From Candidatus Desulfatibia profunda (GTDB lineage Bacteria; Desulfobacterota; Desulfobacteria; Desulfobacterales; UBA11574), in the NCBI GenBank assembly GCA_014382665.1, contig JACNJH010000134.1, forward strand, positions 21,103 through 85,102: 64,000 bases of DNA. The letters run 5' to 3'. The notes beneath the pieces were generated by a model that saw nothing but the letters and a program-made list of their open reading frames with translations, did no database searches and was not told where the DNA came from. Made by a program: the position numbers and the translations under genes. Numbering within the stretch: the first letter of the stretch is position 1; the number at the start of each line of letters is the position of its first letter. Positions 53,541 through 62,877 of the stretch are shown piece by piece.

Positions 53541-55685
53541 TTATCGGTCCAATTCGGCTCTGACCGCCAATCCGATCTTCTCGATAGAAAACGGCTTTCT
53601 CAGATAGCAGCCCGCACCTAAACTCAAGGCCTCTTTGGCGCGATCGGTTTCCGAAAACCCGCTCACGATGATCGCCTTCTGGCCGGAATGGAATTCAAGG
53701 ATCCTTTTGTAGGTTTCAAGGCCGTCAATGCCGGGATCCATGATCATATCCAGAATCAAAAGATCGGCAGAGTGTTTTTTCATGTAATCGACCGCTTCTT
53801 CTCCGCTGGAAACTGCTTTCACGGCGTAACCCAATTTTTCAAGTATGTTACAGGTCAAATTACGCTGCTCCTCCACATCATCTACAACCAGAACGGACTT
53901 GCCGTTTCCCATATAATCTTTTATGGAGATTTGCCGCTTGTCACTGTCCGGTTTCTTTCGCGTTGCCGGGATATAGAGCGTAAAAGTGGTTCCTTTTCCA
54001 TAGGTGCTCTGTATCTCGATGAAACCTTTATGGTCCTTTACCGTACTCCAGACCACGGTCATTCCCAATCCTGTTCCGCTCTTTCCCATGGCTTTTTTTG
54101 TATAGAACGGCTCAAAGATTCTCTCCATGTCCGCAGATGAAATCCCTGTGCCTGGATCAGAAACAGAGAAAACAACATAGTCCCCGGGCGGTGCAGCTTC
54201 ATTCTTGATCAGGGATCGGTCCAGGTAACGGTTTTCGGTGGCCAGGATGATTTTGCCTCCCGAGGGCATGGCTTCCGCAGCATTGGAAACCAGGTTCATG
54301 ACCATCTTGGACAGATGGACCGGAGATCCTTGAACGTTAAACAGGCTGGTATCGAGGTCTGTTTCCACCTGAACGCCGCAATGATAGTATTTCATCTTGT
54401 CATGTTCGGGACTCGTCAAGTATTCCAATACGACATTATTCAAGTTAACCACTTCGTTGACGACAACGCCTCTCCTGGCAAGATTCAGTAGATCCTGCAC
54501 AATCGCTGCAGCCTTTTCTCCCGACTTCTTTATGGTCAAGATGGGCCCCTTCAAAGGGCTGTTCTCCGGAATATCCATAAGCAGAAGCTCGGGATAACTG
54601 ACCAAACCGGACAAAATATTGTTCAGGTCATGGGCCACTCCTCCGGCAAGTGTGCCGATGGCTTCCATCTTTTGGGAATGGATGAGCTGTTTTTCCAGAG
54701 CTTTTCGCTCTGTAAGGTCTCTGACCGACAGGATTACGGCCTTTTCCCCGCTGTGGTGAATTGATGAAAAATTGATCTCTACGTCTCTCATTATCCTGTT
54801 CTTACCGCGCAATCGAACTTCGAGGTGTCTGCCGGAAGCCCCGTCCTCTAAGAGGGACTGGATTGTGCGGAAATCCGTATAATCGGTTGTGTTGTCCAAA
54901 AGAGCTTCGAATGCTATCTTGGTAAGTTCTTCAAATCCGTAGCCCGTTATCTCTTCATATTTGGGATTGGCGTAGACGTGCATCCCCGCCTGAATAATGG
55001 CGATACCGTCGTTTGAACTTTCAGCCAGGATCCGATATTTTTGTTCACTATCGCGCAATTTCTCATATTGGAGGGTGCTGTACACCATGATGGCCACAAA
55101 GTTCGATATCACGTTGAACAGGTAGATGTCGTTTTTTTCAAAAACATTGTTCTCCCTGTGACTGAGGTTGATGACCCCAAAACGTTTTCCTCCGATCATC
55201 AGGGGAATGGAGATAAGGCTGCCAATCGTTACCTTGCTGTTATCGCGGGATAAAAAATATTCGGACTCTTTTGCATTCTGGATGAGAACACTCCTCTTTT
55301 CCAGCAATGCCTGCCCGGCAGCGCCTTGCCCCAAATTGAAGAGGTATCGGACACCCTGCTTTGAAAACACCTTTTCAGGTTTCAGCACATAAGCTCTTTT
55401 TTCGGGGTCGCTGGCGCAGACGAGGAAGAGTCGACGCTTCTTATGATCAAACAGCATGATCGAGCAATTCTGAGCGCGAGTATTATGGATAATGACGTCA
55501 AGAATGTGTTGACATGTTTTTTTGAAACTGCTGATATGAAAAAGGGCCTGCCCAATCTCGCGGACCATGGAGAGCTCGGCGATCTTCTCCTCGAATCGGC
55601 CTTGAATGCCCTGGATCTGATCACGGAGAAGCTTGTTCTCCAGTTCTAAAGCGTTAATCTTTTTCTCCATCATAACTGAAAACAA
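53541..55685 (-). CDS. Hybrid sensor histidine kinase (GAF + PAS + HisKA + HATPase + REC)
   Basis: H-box [13 protein letters not shown]-boxes DPGTGI and GTGLGM, and a C-terminal REC (LLILDMIMD). Confidence 0.9.
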   Translation of the reverse strand: MFSVMMEKKINALELENKLLRDQIQGIQGRFEEKIAELSMVREIGQALFHISSFKKTCQHILDVIIHNTRAQNCSIMLFDHKKRRLFLVCASDPEKRAYVLKPEKVFSKQGVRYLFNLGQGAAGQALLEKRSVLIQNAKESEYFLSRDNSKVTIGSLISIPLMIGGKRFGVINLSHRENNVFEKNDIYLFNVISNFVAIMVYSTLQYEKLRDSEQKYRILAESSNDGIAIIQAGMHVYANPKYEEITGYGFEELTKIAFEALLDNTTDYTDFRTIQSLLEDGASGRHLEVRLRGKNRIMRDVEINFSSIHHSGEKAVILSVRDLTERKALEKQLIHSQKMEAIGTLAGGVAHDLNNILSGLVSYPELLLMDIPENSPLKGPILTIKKSGEKAAAIVQDLLNLARRGVVVNEVVNLNNVVLEYLTSPEHDKMKYYHCGVQVETDLDTSLFNVQGSPVHLSKMVMNLVSNAAEAMPSGGKIILATENRYLDRSLIKNEAAPPGDYVVFSVSDPGTGISSADMERIFEPFYTKKAMGKSGTGLGMTVVWSTVKDHKGFIEIQSTYGKGTTFTLYIPATRKKPDSDKRQISIKDYMGNGKSVLVVDDVEEQRNLTCNILEKLGYAVKAVSSGEEAVDYMKKHSADLLILDMIMDPGIDGLETYKRILEFHSGQKAIIVSGFSETDRAKEALSLGAGCYLRKPFSIEKIGLAVRAELDR

Positions 55686-55693
55686 TCAATAAT

Positions 55694-56563
55694 TTATTTT
55701 ATCAATTCGAAGAATTCTTGGATACTTGAACGTTTCTTTTTCAAGACCTGTAGAAGTTCCTTCAGGTCTTTTTCAGAAAGCCTTAGCTCCCGGGCGGTGG
55801 TTTTCGGTATATCAGGCACGGAATTTCCGCTAGATCCAATACCGGCCTGATGACATAGAAAATCAGCAAGCCCTACAATCGTGGCTTGGTATCGGTAGGG
55901 CTGGGGACAGTCCGTCGGATCGTGATGAAAGCGGCATGGATAAACGAGGCTTTCAGGAAAATTCCATCTTTCCATTAAAAGTCCTGATAGAACAGCATGG
56001 TCGATACCCAGAATCTCTTTTTCTTTGAGAAATAAAACAGTCTCGTTTTTTCCCGCGTCCTCCAGCACAGCTTTATACTCCTTAGGAAAGTATACCACGA
56101 AAATGACTTTACCCATGTCGTGGAGAAGCCCGTTTAAAAATAGTTTCTCATCCGCTTTCATGCCTGTTTTCATGCCGATTTCTTTGGCTGCTGTGGCACA
56201 CCCGACAGAGTGAAGCCACAAATCTCTTATATCAAAGACTTCATGAACAGGGTTCTGCTTGAACGCTGAAAAAACACTCATTCCAATGGTTAAGCCGATG
56301 ATTTCATTGAAACCAACGACCGTTATGGCCCGTTGAATGGTGTCAACCTGTTTCATCTGGCCGTAGTAGGCTGAATTGGATAGTCTGAGGATTTTGTTGG
56401 CCAAGGCCTGGTCATTGTTGATGAAACCGGACAGATCTTTACTGGAAGTCTTTTCGTCGATGGCCGCATTCAAAACCTTATCCACGACCATGGGCAGGGT
56501 AGGCAACTGCGTCTTTTTGTTGCGCACCAGGTCTTCGATCTTATCTTTTAATTTCGATACCAT
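55694..56563 (-). CDS. HDOD-domain signalling protein
   Basis: LPTLPMVVDKVLNAAIDEKTS...LANKILRLSNSAYYG and GLLHDMGKV are typical of HDOD. Confidence 0.88.
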   Translation of the reverse strand: MVSKLKDKIEDLVRNKKTQLPTLPMVVDKVLNAAIDEKTSSKDLSGFINNDQALANKILRLSNSAYYGQMKQVDTIQRAITVVGFNEIIGLTIGMSVFSAFKQNPVHEVFDIRDLWLHSVGCATAAKEIGMKTGMKADEKLFLNGLLHDMGKVIFVVYFPKEYKAVLEDAGKNETVLFLKEKEILGIDHAVLSGLLMERWNFPESLVYPCRFHHDPTDCPQPYRYQATIVGLADFLCHQAGIGSSGNSVPDIPKTTARELRLSEKDLKELLQVLKKKRSSIQEFFELIK

Positions 56564-56656
56564 TCTTACACTGCAAAACCCATTCAGCGCTTTTATTTTA
56601 ACGCCATGACGAAAACTAAAGAAGATGTCTGCTTTTGTTCACCACTAGTAATGCAA

Positions 56657-56671
56657 GCAAAAATTGTGCCA
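56657..56671 (-). promoter_or_regulatory. Sigma-54 promoter TGGCAC-AATTT-TTGC (minus strand) upstream of the HDOD / hybrid kinase operon
   Basis: Perfect consensus -24/-12, about 95 nt upstream of the HDOD ATG. Confidence 0.62.
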
Positions 56672-56744
56672 AATAAATACGGGAAAGACCTAAGCATGCA
56701 TTGAGTCATTCAAAAGGCGCGGCCGGATTCCCTGTCCGGATTTC

Positions 56745-57530
56745 TCATTCAGGGATTTGAACCAGATCCGTGTCCGCATCCATCCAGGCCGGGAAGGATT
56801 CCCGGTACGCCCGCAGTTCATTATGGGATAACACCGCTGTATACATGCAATCCTTGTACTCTTTCTGAAAGAGAATTTTCCCGGCCGGATCGATAATCGA
56901 AGAGTCTCCCCTGTAAGTTAAGCCGTTGCCGTCGGTCCCGACGCGGTTGACGCCGATGACATAGCACTGGTTTTCAATGGCTCGCGCCAGCAGCAGGGCC
57001 TTCCAGTGCAAGGCGCGCCTTTCCGGCCAGTTGGCGACAAAGATCGCCATATCAAACCGGTTGGAGATGTTTCTGGTCCAGGCCGGAAAGCGCAGGTCAT
57101 AACAGATAAACGGTCGGATCTTCCAGCCTTGCAAATCGACGGTAACGGTTTTATCGCCGGCGCTGTATACTTTTTCTTCGCCCAACATCCGAAAAAGATG
57201 TCTTTTATCGTAGGTGATGAGCCGGCTGTCCGGCTTGGCCCACAACAGGCGGTTTAAAAAAAGTCCGTTATCTTTGATAATGACACTGCCGACGATGTCC
57301 GCATGCATCTGTCTGGATTTTTGCTGAAGCCACTGGACGGCAGAACCGTTCATGCCCTGGGCAAGTTTTGCGGCCTTCATGGAAAAACCGGTGGTAAACA
57401 TCTCCGGCAAAATGATAAGATGCGTCTCTTCCCGGATCGCGTCGATCTTGCGGTCAAACGCCGCCAGGTTTGCCGCAATGTCTTCCCAGGCCAGTTCGCT
57501 TTGAATGATCGTTACTTTTAAATCGCGCAT
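56745..57530 (-). CDS. C-N hydrolase (nitrilase superfamily), omega-amidase/YafV type
   Basis: 261 aa. ILPEMFTTGF (catalytic Glu region) and the ICYDLRFP Cys motif. Confidence 0.8.
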   Translation of the reverse strand: MRDLKVTIIQSELAWEDIAANLAAFDRKIDAIREETHLIILPEMFTTGFSMKAAKLAQGMNGSAVQWLQQKSRQMHADIVGSVIIKDNGLFLNRLLWAKPDSRLITYDKRHLFRMLGEEKVYSAGDKTVTVDLQGWKIRPFICYDLRFPAWTRNISNRFDMAIFVANWPERRALHWKALLLARAIENQCYVIGVNRVGTDGNGLTYRGDSSIIDPAGKILFQKEYKDCMYTAVLSHNELRAYRESFPAWMDADTDLVQIPE

Positions 57531-58699
57531 AGTTTTTCCGCAGCCCTTTCCAGGGTTTCATCTTTTTTGGCAAAGCAGAATCGAAGCACCCGATGGTCTT
57601 TGTTATCATGATAAAACACCGACGGCGGGATCGAAGCGACCCCGTGCCGGATGGTCAGGCGTTTGGCGAACTGCATATCAGGTTCATTGCTGATGGCTGA
57701 GTAATCGAGCATTTGAAAGTAGGTGCCGCGGCAAGGCAGCGCTTTAAAACGCGACGGTTCAATCAACGCCAAAAACTTGTCGCGCTTGTTTTGATAAAAT
57801 TCCGAGAGCGCAAGATAAGCATCCTTTTTCTGCATAAATTCCGCATAGGCATGCTGAATCGGGGTGTTCGAAGCAAAGGTCAGAAACTGATGCACCCTTT
57901 GGAACTCTGCCGATAACGGTTCCGGCGCCAGGCAGTACCCGATCTTCCACCCGGTGGTATGGTACGTTTTGCCGAAAGAGCTGATGACAAAGCTTCTTTG
58001 GGCAAGTTCCGGATGGCGGCAGATGCTTTCGTGAATCCGGTCATCGAAAATAATATGCTCGTAAACCTCGTCACTGACAAGCAGCACATCCGTATCCCGG
58101 ACGGTCCGTTTCAGTGCCGATATATCTTCGCCCGATAAGACGGCACCGGTCGGGTTATGGGGCGAGTTTAATATCATCAGCCTGGTTTTTGAGGTGATTG
58201 CACGCTGAACATCGTCCCAGTCGATGCGATAATCCGGGAAACGATACTTTACAAATACGGGGATGCCGCCGTTGAGCCGGATGGCCGGCACGTAGCAGTC
58301 AAAGGCCGGCTCCATCACGATAACCTCATCATTTGTTTGAACGACGGCGGTGATGGCCGCAAACAAAGCTTCGGTGGCCCCGGAGGTCACGGTGATTTCC
58401 GTTGCCGGATCGTAAACGGCGTTGTAGAGCTGCTGTGTTTTTTCCGCGATCCTTTCACGCAGCTCCGGCACCCCCTGCATCGGCGCGTACTGGTTATATC
58501 CGGCCCGCATGTATTTGGCCACCAGCTCCAGAAGATCGGGATCTACGTCGAAGTCCGGAAATCCCTGGGATAGATTTAAGGCCTTGTGTTCGCTGGCCAG
58601 GGCCGACATGACCGTGAAGATGGTTGTAGCGGTGTGCGGGAGTTTGGAATGGATTTTCATGGCTTTTAAGTCTAATGTTTTACAATAATTTGAAATCAC
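57518..58699 (-). CDS. Class I/II PLP aminotransferase (YbdL/MtnE-like)
   Basis: 393 aa with LNLSQGFPDF, NSPHNPTG and SFGKTYHTTGWKIGY (PLP lysine). Its 3' end overlaps the start of the amidase gene by 13 nt. Confidence 0.88.
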   Translation of the reverse strand: MISNYCKTLDLKAMKIHSKLPHTATTIFTVMSALASEHKALNLSQGFPDFDVDPDLLELVAKYMRAGYNQYAPMQGVPELRERIAEKTQQLYNAVYDPATEITVTSGATEALFAAITAVVQTNDEVIVMEPAFDCYVPAIRLNGGIPVFVKYRFPDYRIDWDDVQRAITSKTRLMILNSPHNPTGAVLSGEDISALKRTVRDTDVLLVSDEVYEHIIFDDRIHESICRHPELAQRSFVISSFGKTYHTTGWKIGYCLAPEPLSAEFQRVHQFLTFASNTPIQHAYAEFMQKKDAYLALSEFYQNKRDKFLALIEPSRFKALPCRGTYFQMLDYSAISNEPDMQFAKRLTIRHGVASIPPSVFYHDNKDHRVLRFCFAKKDETLERAAEKLCAI

Positions 58700-58747
58700 T
58701 TGGCAAAATCATTATTTTGCCGTTAATTCTTTTGCAATTATCAAAAT

Positions 58748-58885
58748 GTGATGGTTTCGTAATAAGTCAAAATCTCACGCAAAGGGCGCAAAGTTAACTT
58801 GTTAATATTAAATGATATTATCTTGGCGTCCTTGGCGTCTTTGCGAGAAAATATAGTTTTTACGAGTTCGTCAAAATGTCATTAA
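58748..58885. repeat. Composite/nested palindromic element (outer TGATGGTTTCGTAA...TTTTACGAGTTCGTCA; inner CACGCAAAG-GGCGCAAAG ... CTTGGCGT-CCTTGGCGT-CTTTGCGAG)
   Basis: Read directly from the sequence. The inner arms are a G/C variant of the 8-9-nt unit repeats at 12.4 and 50.1 kb. The outer arm shares 14 nt with the 40.9-kb hairpin. Confidence 0.6.
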
Positions 58886-59071
58886 CTTAAAAAAAATGTC
58901 AAGTTTTTTTTCCTTTCCCTGCGATTTTAGCTTCAGAACTTATTGAAAAATTTATGATAAACTGGATTTTTTTGCTCAACCCCGGTGCCGGGATCTTCGA
59001 CCTGCATTTTTGGAAAACTTGACAAGCGCTCAACTTAGGACAAAGTATCCGCTTTAAAAAAAGATCATCCA

Positions 59072-59338
59072 TTAGGGTTTGAGCTCGACCAGCGTGGCCC
59101 CCCACCCGCCGGCTTCAAGGGGTGCATCCCGGAAAGACGATACCAGGGGATGTTTCTCTAAAAGTTCCTGAACCCTTTTTTTCAGTATGCCCTTGCCCTT
59201 GCCGTGAACGATCCGGACAGAAAAGATGTGTTTTTCAACGCAGGCAGCCAGGTATTCGTCCAAAAGGTCCGGGACGTCCCGGGGTTGAAAGGTGTGCAGA
59301 TCAAGGATGTCTTGGATCGGTATTTTTACGGGTTTCAT
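59072..59338 (-). CDS. Smr-domain protein
   Basis: LDLHTFQPRDVPDLLDEYL...VRIVHGKGKGILKKRVQELL. The start is probably MKPVKIP at 59338; the ORF is open back to 59410. Confidence 0.8.
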   Translation of the reverse strand: MKPVKIPIQDILDLHTFQPRDVPDLLDEYLAACVEKHIFSVRIVHGKGKGILKKRVQELLEKHPLVSSFRDAPLEAGGWGATLVELKP

Positions 59339-59443
59339 GACATAATACATACGATTTGGTTGGGCTGGCTTAAATTCTTGATATAAAATGTTCCTTGATA
59401 TAACAAACAAACTATAAACCTTATGGAGTTAAAATTCAATTAA

Positions 59444-60058
59444 GTGTTTAACATGTTGAAATTTCTTGTCCTTCCTTTTTTGGCATACCTGTTGGGGTCT
59501 ATTCCCTGGGGTTTGGTTTTGACCCGTATGTTTACATCCGTTGATATCCGGCAGCACGGCAGCGGTAACATCGGTGCCACCAACGTCAAACGCGTCGCCG
59601 GTTCAACCCTGGGGATGCTGACCCTTGCCGGGGATGTGCTCAAAGGTGCTGTTCCGGTCTGGCTGGCGGTAACCCTGGCCGGTCCGAGTTCGGTCTGGGG
59701 CCAGATGTATATTTCAGTTGTGGCCCTGGCTGCCTTTGGCGGACACCTTTATCCGGTGTTTTTAAAATTCAAAAGCGGCGGAAAAGGGGTTGCCACTGCG
59801 GCCGGCTGCTTTTTTGCGATTTCGCCGGCGGCGGGCATTGTCGCCATGCTGGTCTTTATCATGGTTGTCTGCTGGTGGGAGCGAGTCTCGGCGGGGTCGC
59901 TTGCGGCCGCGGCCGCCCTGCCGGTGGCTGTTTGGGAGGCGTCCCAATCAAGGGTCCTCACCGGATGTGCCGTTGTCACCGCGATATGCATCTATATTCG
60001 CCACAAGGACAATATCAAACGGCTGTTGGCCGGAACCGAACCGAAAATAGGGGAATAG
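59444..60058 (+). CDS. plsY: Glycerol-3-phosphate acyltransferase PlsY
   Basis: YLLGSIPWGLVLTR...DIRQHGSGNIGATNV and GGKGVATAAG. Confidence 0.93.
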   Translation: MFNMLKFLVLPFLAYLLGSIPWGLVLTRMFTSVDIRQHGSGNIGATNVKRVAGSTLGMLTLAGDVLKGAVPVWLAVTLAGPSSVWGQMYISVVALAAFGGHLYPVFLKFKSGGKGVATAAGCFFAISPAAGIVAMLVFIMVVCWWERVSAGSLAAAAALPVAVWEASQSRVLTGCAVVTAICIYIRHKDNIKRLLAGTEPKIGE

Positions 60059-60109
60059 GTTGGTTGATTGGTTAAAACGTTCGCAAAATTGCTTTGTTAA
60101 AAAAAACCC

Positions 60110-60138
60110 TTGACAGGGATGTCCATAATGTAGTATTT
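60110..60138 (+). promoter_or_regulatory. Sigma-70-like promoter candidate upstream of the ArsR-family gene (TTGACA ... TAGTAT/TATTTT)
   Basis: Perfect -35 hexamer. The -10 box is ambiguous, with a spacing of 15-18 nt. Confidence 0.3.
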
Positions 60139-60156
60139 TAGCCGTAACTTAATTGG

Positions 60157-60573
60157 ATGGTGAAAATGGAAACTAAACAAGCCGAATTATTTAAAGTTTT
60201 GGGGGTGGAGTCACGTATAAAGATCATCGAACTGTTGAAGCAGAAAGGCCCGTTAGGCGCAAACGAGATGTCCGAGATACTGGGGATTACGCCTTCAGCC
60301 GTTTCCCAACATCTTAAGATTCTCAAACATGCCGGATTGGTTCGAAATGAGCGCAAGGGTTATTGGATACCTTATGAGATAAACCCGGCTGCTTTGGAAA
60401 AATGCGGGGATTTATTATCCAGCATTTGCACCTGCGGCTGCGAAGGAACTGGAAAGTTCCGCGAGGCTGAGCTCGAAAAGTCCGGGGACAAAGTTGCCCT
60501 TTTAAGAAAATACGAGCGCGAGCTTGAGGAGGAAATTAAAAAAGTTCGGGCTCAAATCGAAACGCTGGAATAA
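60157..60573 (+). CDS. ArsR-family transcriptional regulator with a C-terminal CTCGC + coiled-coil extension
   Basis: wHTH SRIKIIELLKQKGPLGANEMSEILGITPSAVSQHLKILKHAGLV. The extra tail reads ...SSICTCGCEGTGKFREAELEKS...LEEEIKKVRAQIETLE. Confidence 0.85.
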   Translation: MVKMETKQAELFKVLGVESRIKIIELLKQKGPLGANEMSEILGITPSAVSQHLKILKHAGLVRNERKGYWIPYEINPAALEKCGDLLSSICTCGCEGTGKFREAELEKSGDKVALLRKYERELEEEIKKVRAQIETLE

Positions 60574-60672
60574 GCCAAGAATCTTAGTCTATTTTTTTTG
60601 GGCAAATAATTAAGTAAATGCTTAATTGCCTAGAGACTTAATAACTTTAAAACTTAAAGGAGGAACACGACC

Positions 60673-61822
60673 ATGGAACACAAGACGGACCGTTTCGGAG
60701 ACGACAAAGAAGTACGAAGACTTGCCGAGCAAATCGCCAATGAGCGCATAGCACCTGATGCCTCAGAGCGCGACCTGAACCACACTTTTCCCTGGGATGC
60801 CATTCGCATTTTAGCGGAAGCCGGTATATTGGGCGTGGCCGTTTCCGAAGACTATGGCGGTTTTGGAGGCGGACGAGTTAGTTTCGCCTCTGTAGTGCAA
60901 GAGATATCGAAAGCATGCGCTTCGACTGCCCTTGTTTTAGTCTCCCATGCGATAGCGGCAAAGGCAATCGAGCTTGCTGCGGACAAGGCGGTGGCCAAAA
61001 GGTGGCTTCCGGAAATGGTGAAGGGCCAATCTCTTGGAGCATTTGCCGTTCATGAACCTGACAGTGGCAGCAACGCCGGAGCCATAACGACTCGGGCAAT
61101 GAAAGATGGTAATCATTATATCGTGAACGGTTCTAAATTCTTCATTACCTCAGCCGGAGAAGCCAACCTCTATCTGGTTCTTGTCAAGACCGATCCCGAA
61201 AAGGGTCCACAGGGAATGAGCACCATCCTTGTTGAAAAGGATACTCCCGGCCTTTCTTTTGGTCGCTCCGAAGATAAAATGGGCATGACAAGCACTTCAT
61301 CAAGGGAAATGTTTTTTAGCGATTGCAGAATTCCCATTGGTAACCTCATAGGTAAAGAAGGCGAAGGAACGCAGGTTATCGGCAAGGCGGTCGTTGGCTG
61401 GGGGTTTTTCGGAGCTGCCGCCATATCCGTGGGTATCGCCGATTCCGCTGTGACGCTTTCGGTTAAGCATGCCAAAGAGAGAACGATTGCAGGCCACCCC
61501 ATTGGTATTCATCAAGCCGTTCAATTTTTAATAGCTGATATTATTCTTGGGAAAGAAGCCGCGGAATCTTTGCTGGTGACATGTGCTGCGCGAGCGGATT
61601 CAGCGCCAGACACGGCCGCTATCAACGGATTCAAGGCCAAGCTTTTCGCGTCCGAGACGGCTGTAGATGTGTATCAAAGCGATACAGGTCATGGGCGGTC
61701 ATGGGTACTGTCGCGATTACGTGGTTGAACGGCTTTTTCGTGACGCCCGCGGCCTGATGCTCCACTTCAAGACCTCCGAATGGCTCCGTCAAGATGTTGC
61801 CAAAGCGGCACTGGGATTGTGA
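60673..61822 (+). pseudogene. Acyl-CoA dehydrogenase with a frameshift near codon 334
   Basis: The frame-1 ORF (60673-61728) ends in non-homologous sequence after ...ETAVDV. From 61673 the +1 frame reads IKAIQVMGGHGYCRDYVVERLFRDARGLMLHFKTSEWLRQ...*, the canonical ACAD C-terminus, ending at 61822. Confidence 0.75.
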
Positions 61823-62089
61823 GGTTTCTTTGCAATCGAAAACATAATAAGTGGTTGAGTCTCTAAATTTTGGCATGATGAGTCGCGTTAACTTGAAAAG
61901 GGGGTGATAAGGGTATCGGATAAAACTTGGGGGATTTCGAATGTATTCAGATGAAACAGTAAAACGCCAAAGTCAAAAAAGGACCGAAAACCAAGAAACC
62001 CAAATAGAATATTTTTTGGTGACACCCGGATACACCTAAATGTGTCATATTTGAAGAACAAATCTGATTGAGGAAAGGAAATAGATCTT

Positions 62090-62464
62090 ATGGAGCCTAA
62101 AAAGAAATTTCTATATGTTCAAACAAGCAGTGTTGAAACACCGGAGCGAACATACGCACCTTTCATCCTTGGGCTTACCGCCATCGCAATGGGTATGGAT
62201 GCTTCTATATTCTTTGGAATAAAAGGGGTCACTATTGCTCAACGGGGCAAAGCCGAAAAGATCAATTTGCCCCAGCCTTTTGGCTCGTTGAAAGGGGCAA
62301 TCGAGCAGGCCAGGGAAGCCGGTGTCACTTTTCTCGTCTGTGAAGAGAGTGCGCGAATGCTTGGTATCGACCTCGATAAAGGATTGATTGATGGCGCTAA
62401 AGTAGTCGGCGCGGCAACCCTGAATACACTCGTTATGGAGTCTGATGCCGTTATGTACTTTTAA
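62090..62464 (+). CDS. DsrE/DsrF-like family protein
   Basis: 124 aa. The pattern FLYVQTSS...YAPFILGLTAIAMGMDASIFFGIKGV...GVTFLVCEESARMLGI fits the DsrE fold family. Confidence 0.8.
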   Translation: MEPKKKFLYVQTSSVETPERTYAPFILGLTAIAMGMDASIFFGIKGVTIAQRGKAEKINLPQPFGSLKGAIEQAREAGVTFLVCEESARMLGIDLDKGLIDGAKVVGAATLNTLVMESDAVMYF

Positions 62465-62497
62465 AAACCATAGCGCATTCTGGTGAAAGGAATAAAT

Positions 62498-62788
62498 ATG
62501 AATTCTATGATTACTGAAAAACACAACAGGAAGCCTACACAGAGTGAAGATAAAAGAATTATAACTCTGGATGTGAAAGGATTGTATTGTCCCATGCCGG
62601 TTTTGAAAACAAGGAAAATGTTCGATTCATTGAAGATTGGAGATATACTGCAAGTTATAACAAACGCTCCGGCGACTGAATCCGATCTTCAAAATTGGGC
62701 TAGGTCCACCGGACAAAAAATTGTTGGTATACAAAGGCAGGACTCGGAGATTTCTTTTTCTATCGAAAAAATTAGAGCAATTTCATGA
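62498..62788 (+). CDS. TusA/SirA-like sulfur carrier protein
   Basis: LDVKGLYCPMPVLKTRK (CPxP motif). The ATG at 62498 follows GAAAGGA; the ORF is open back to 62483. Confidence 0.85.
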   Translation: MNSMITEKHNRKPTQSEDKRIITLDVKGLYCPMPVLKTRKMFDSLKIGDILQVITNAPATESDLQNWARSTGQKIVGIQRQDSEISFSIEKIRAIS

Positions 62789-62877
62789 GGATCAAATAGG
62801 AGCATCGATTCCAAAACGATTTATCAATCCCTGATCGGAAAAATGACAGATTTGACCCGGAAAGGAGGTGATTTAAA

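Noticed and set aside
61941-62039. A 32-codon ORF (MYSDETVKRQSQKRTENQETQIEYFLVTPGYT) in the 270-bp spacer before the dsrE-like gene.
   Set aside because: It has only a weak GGGGGA upstream and a hydrophilic, low-information sequence, with no supporting evidence.
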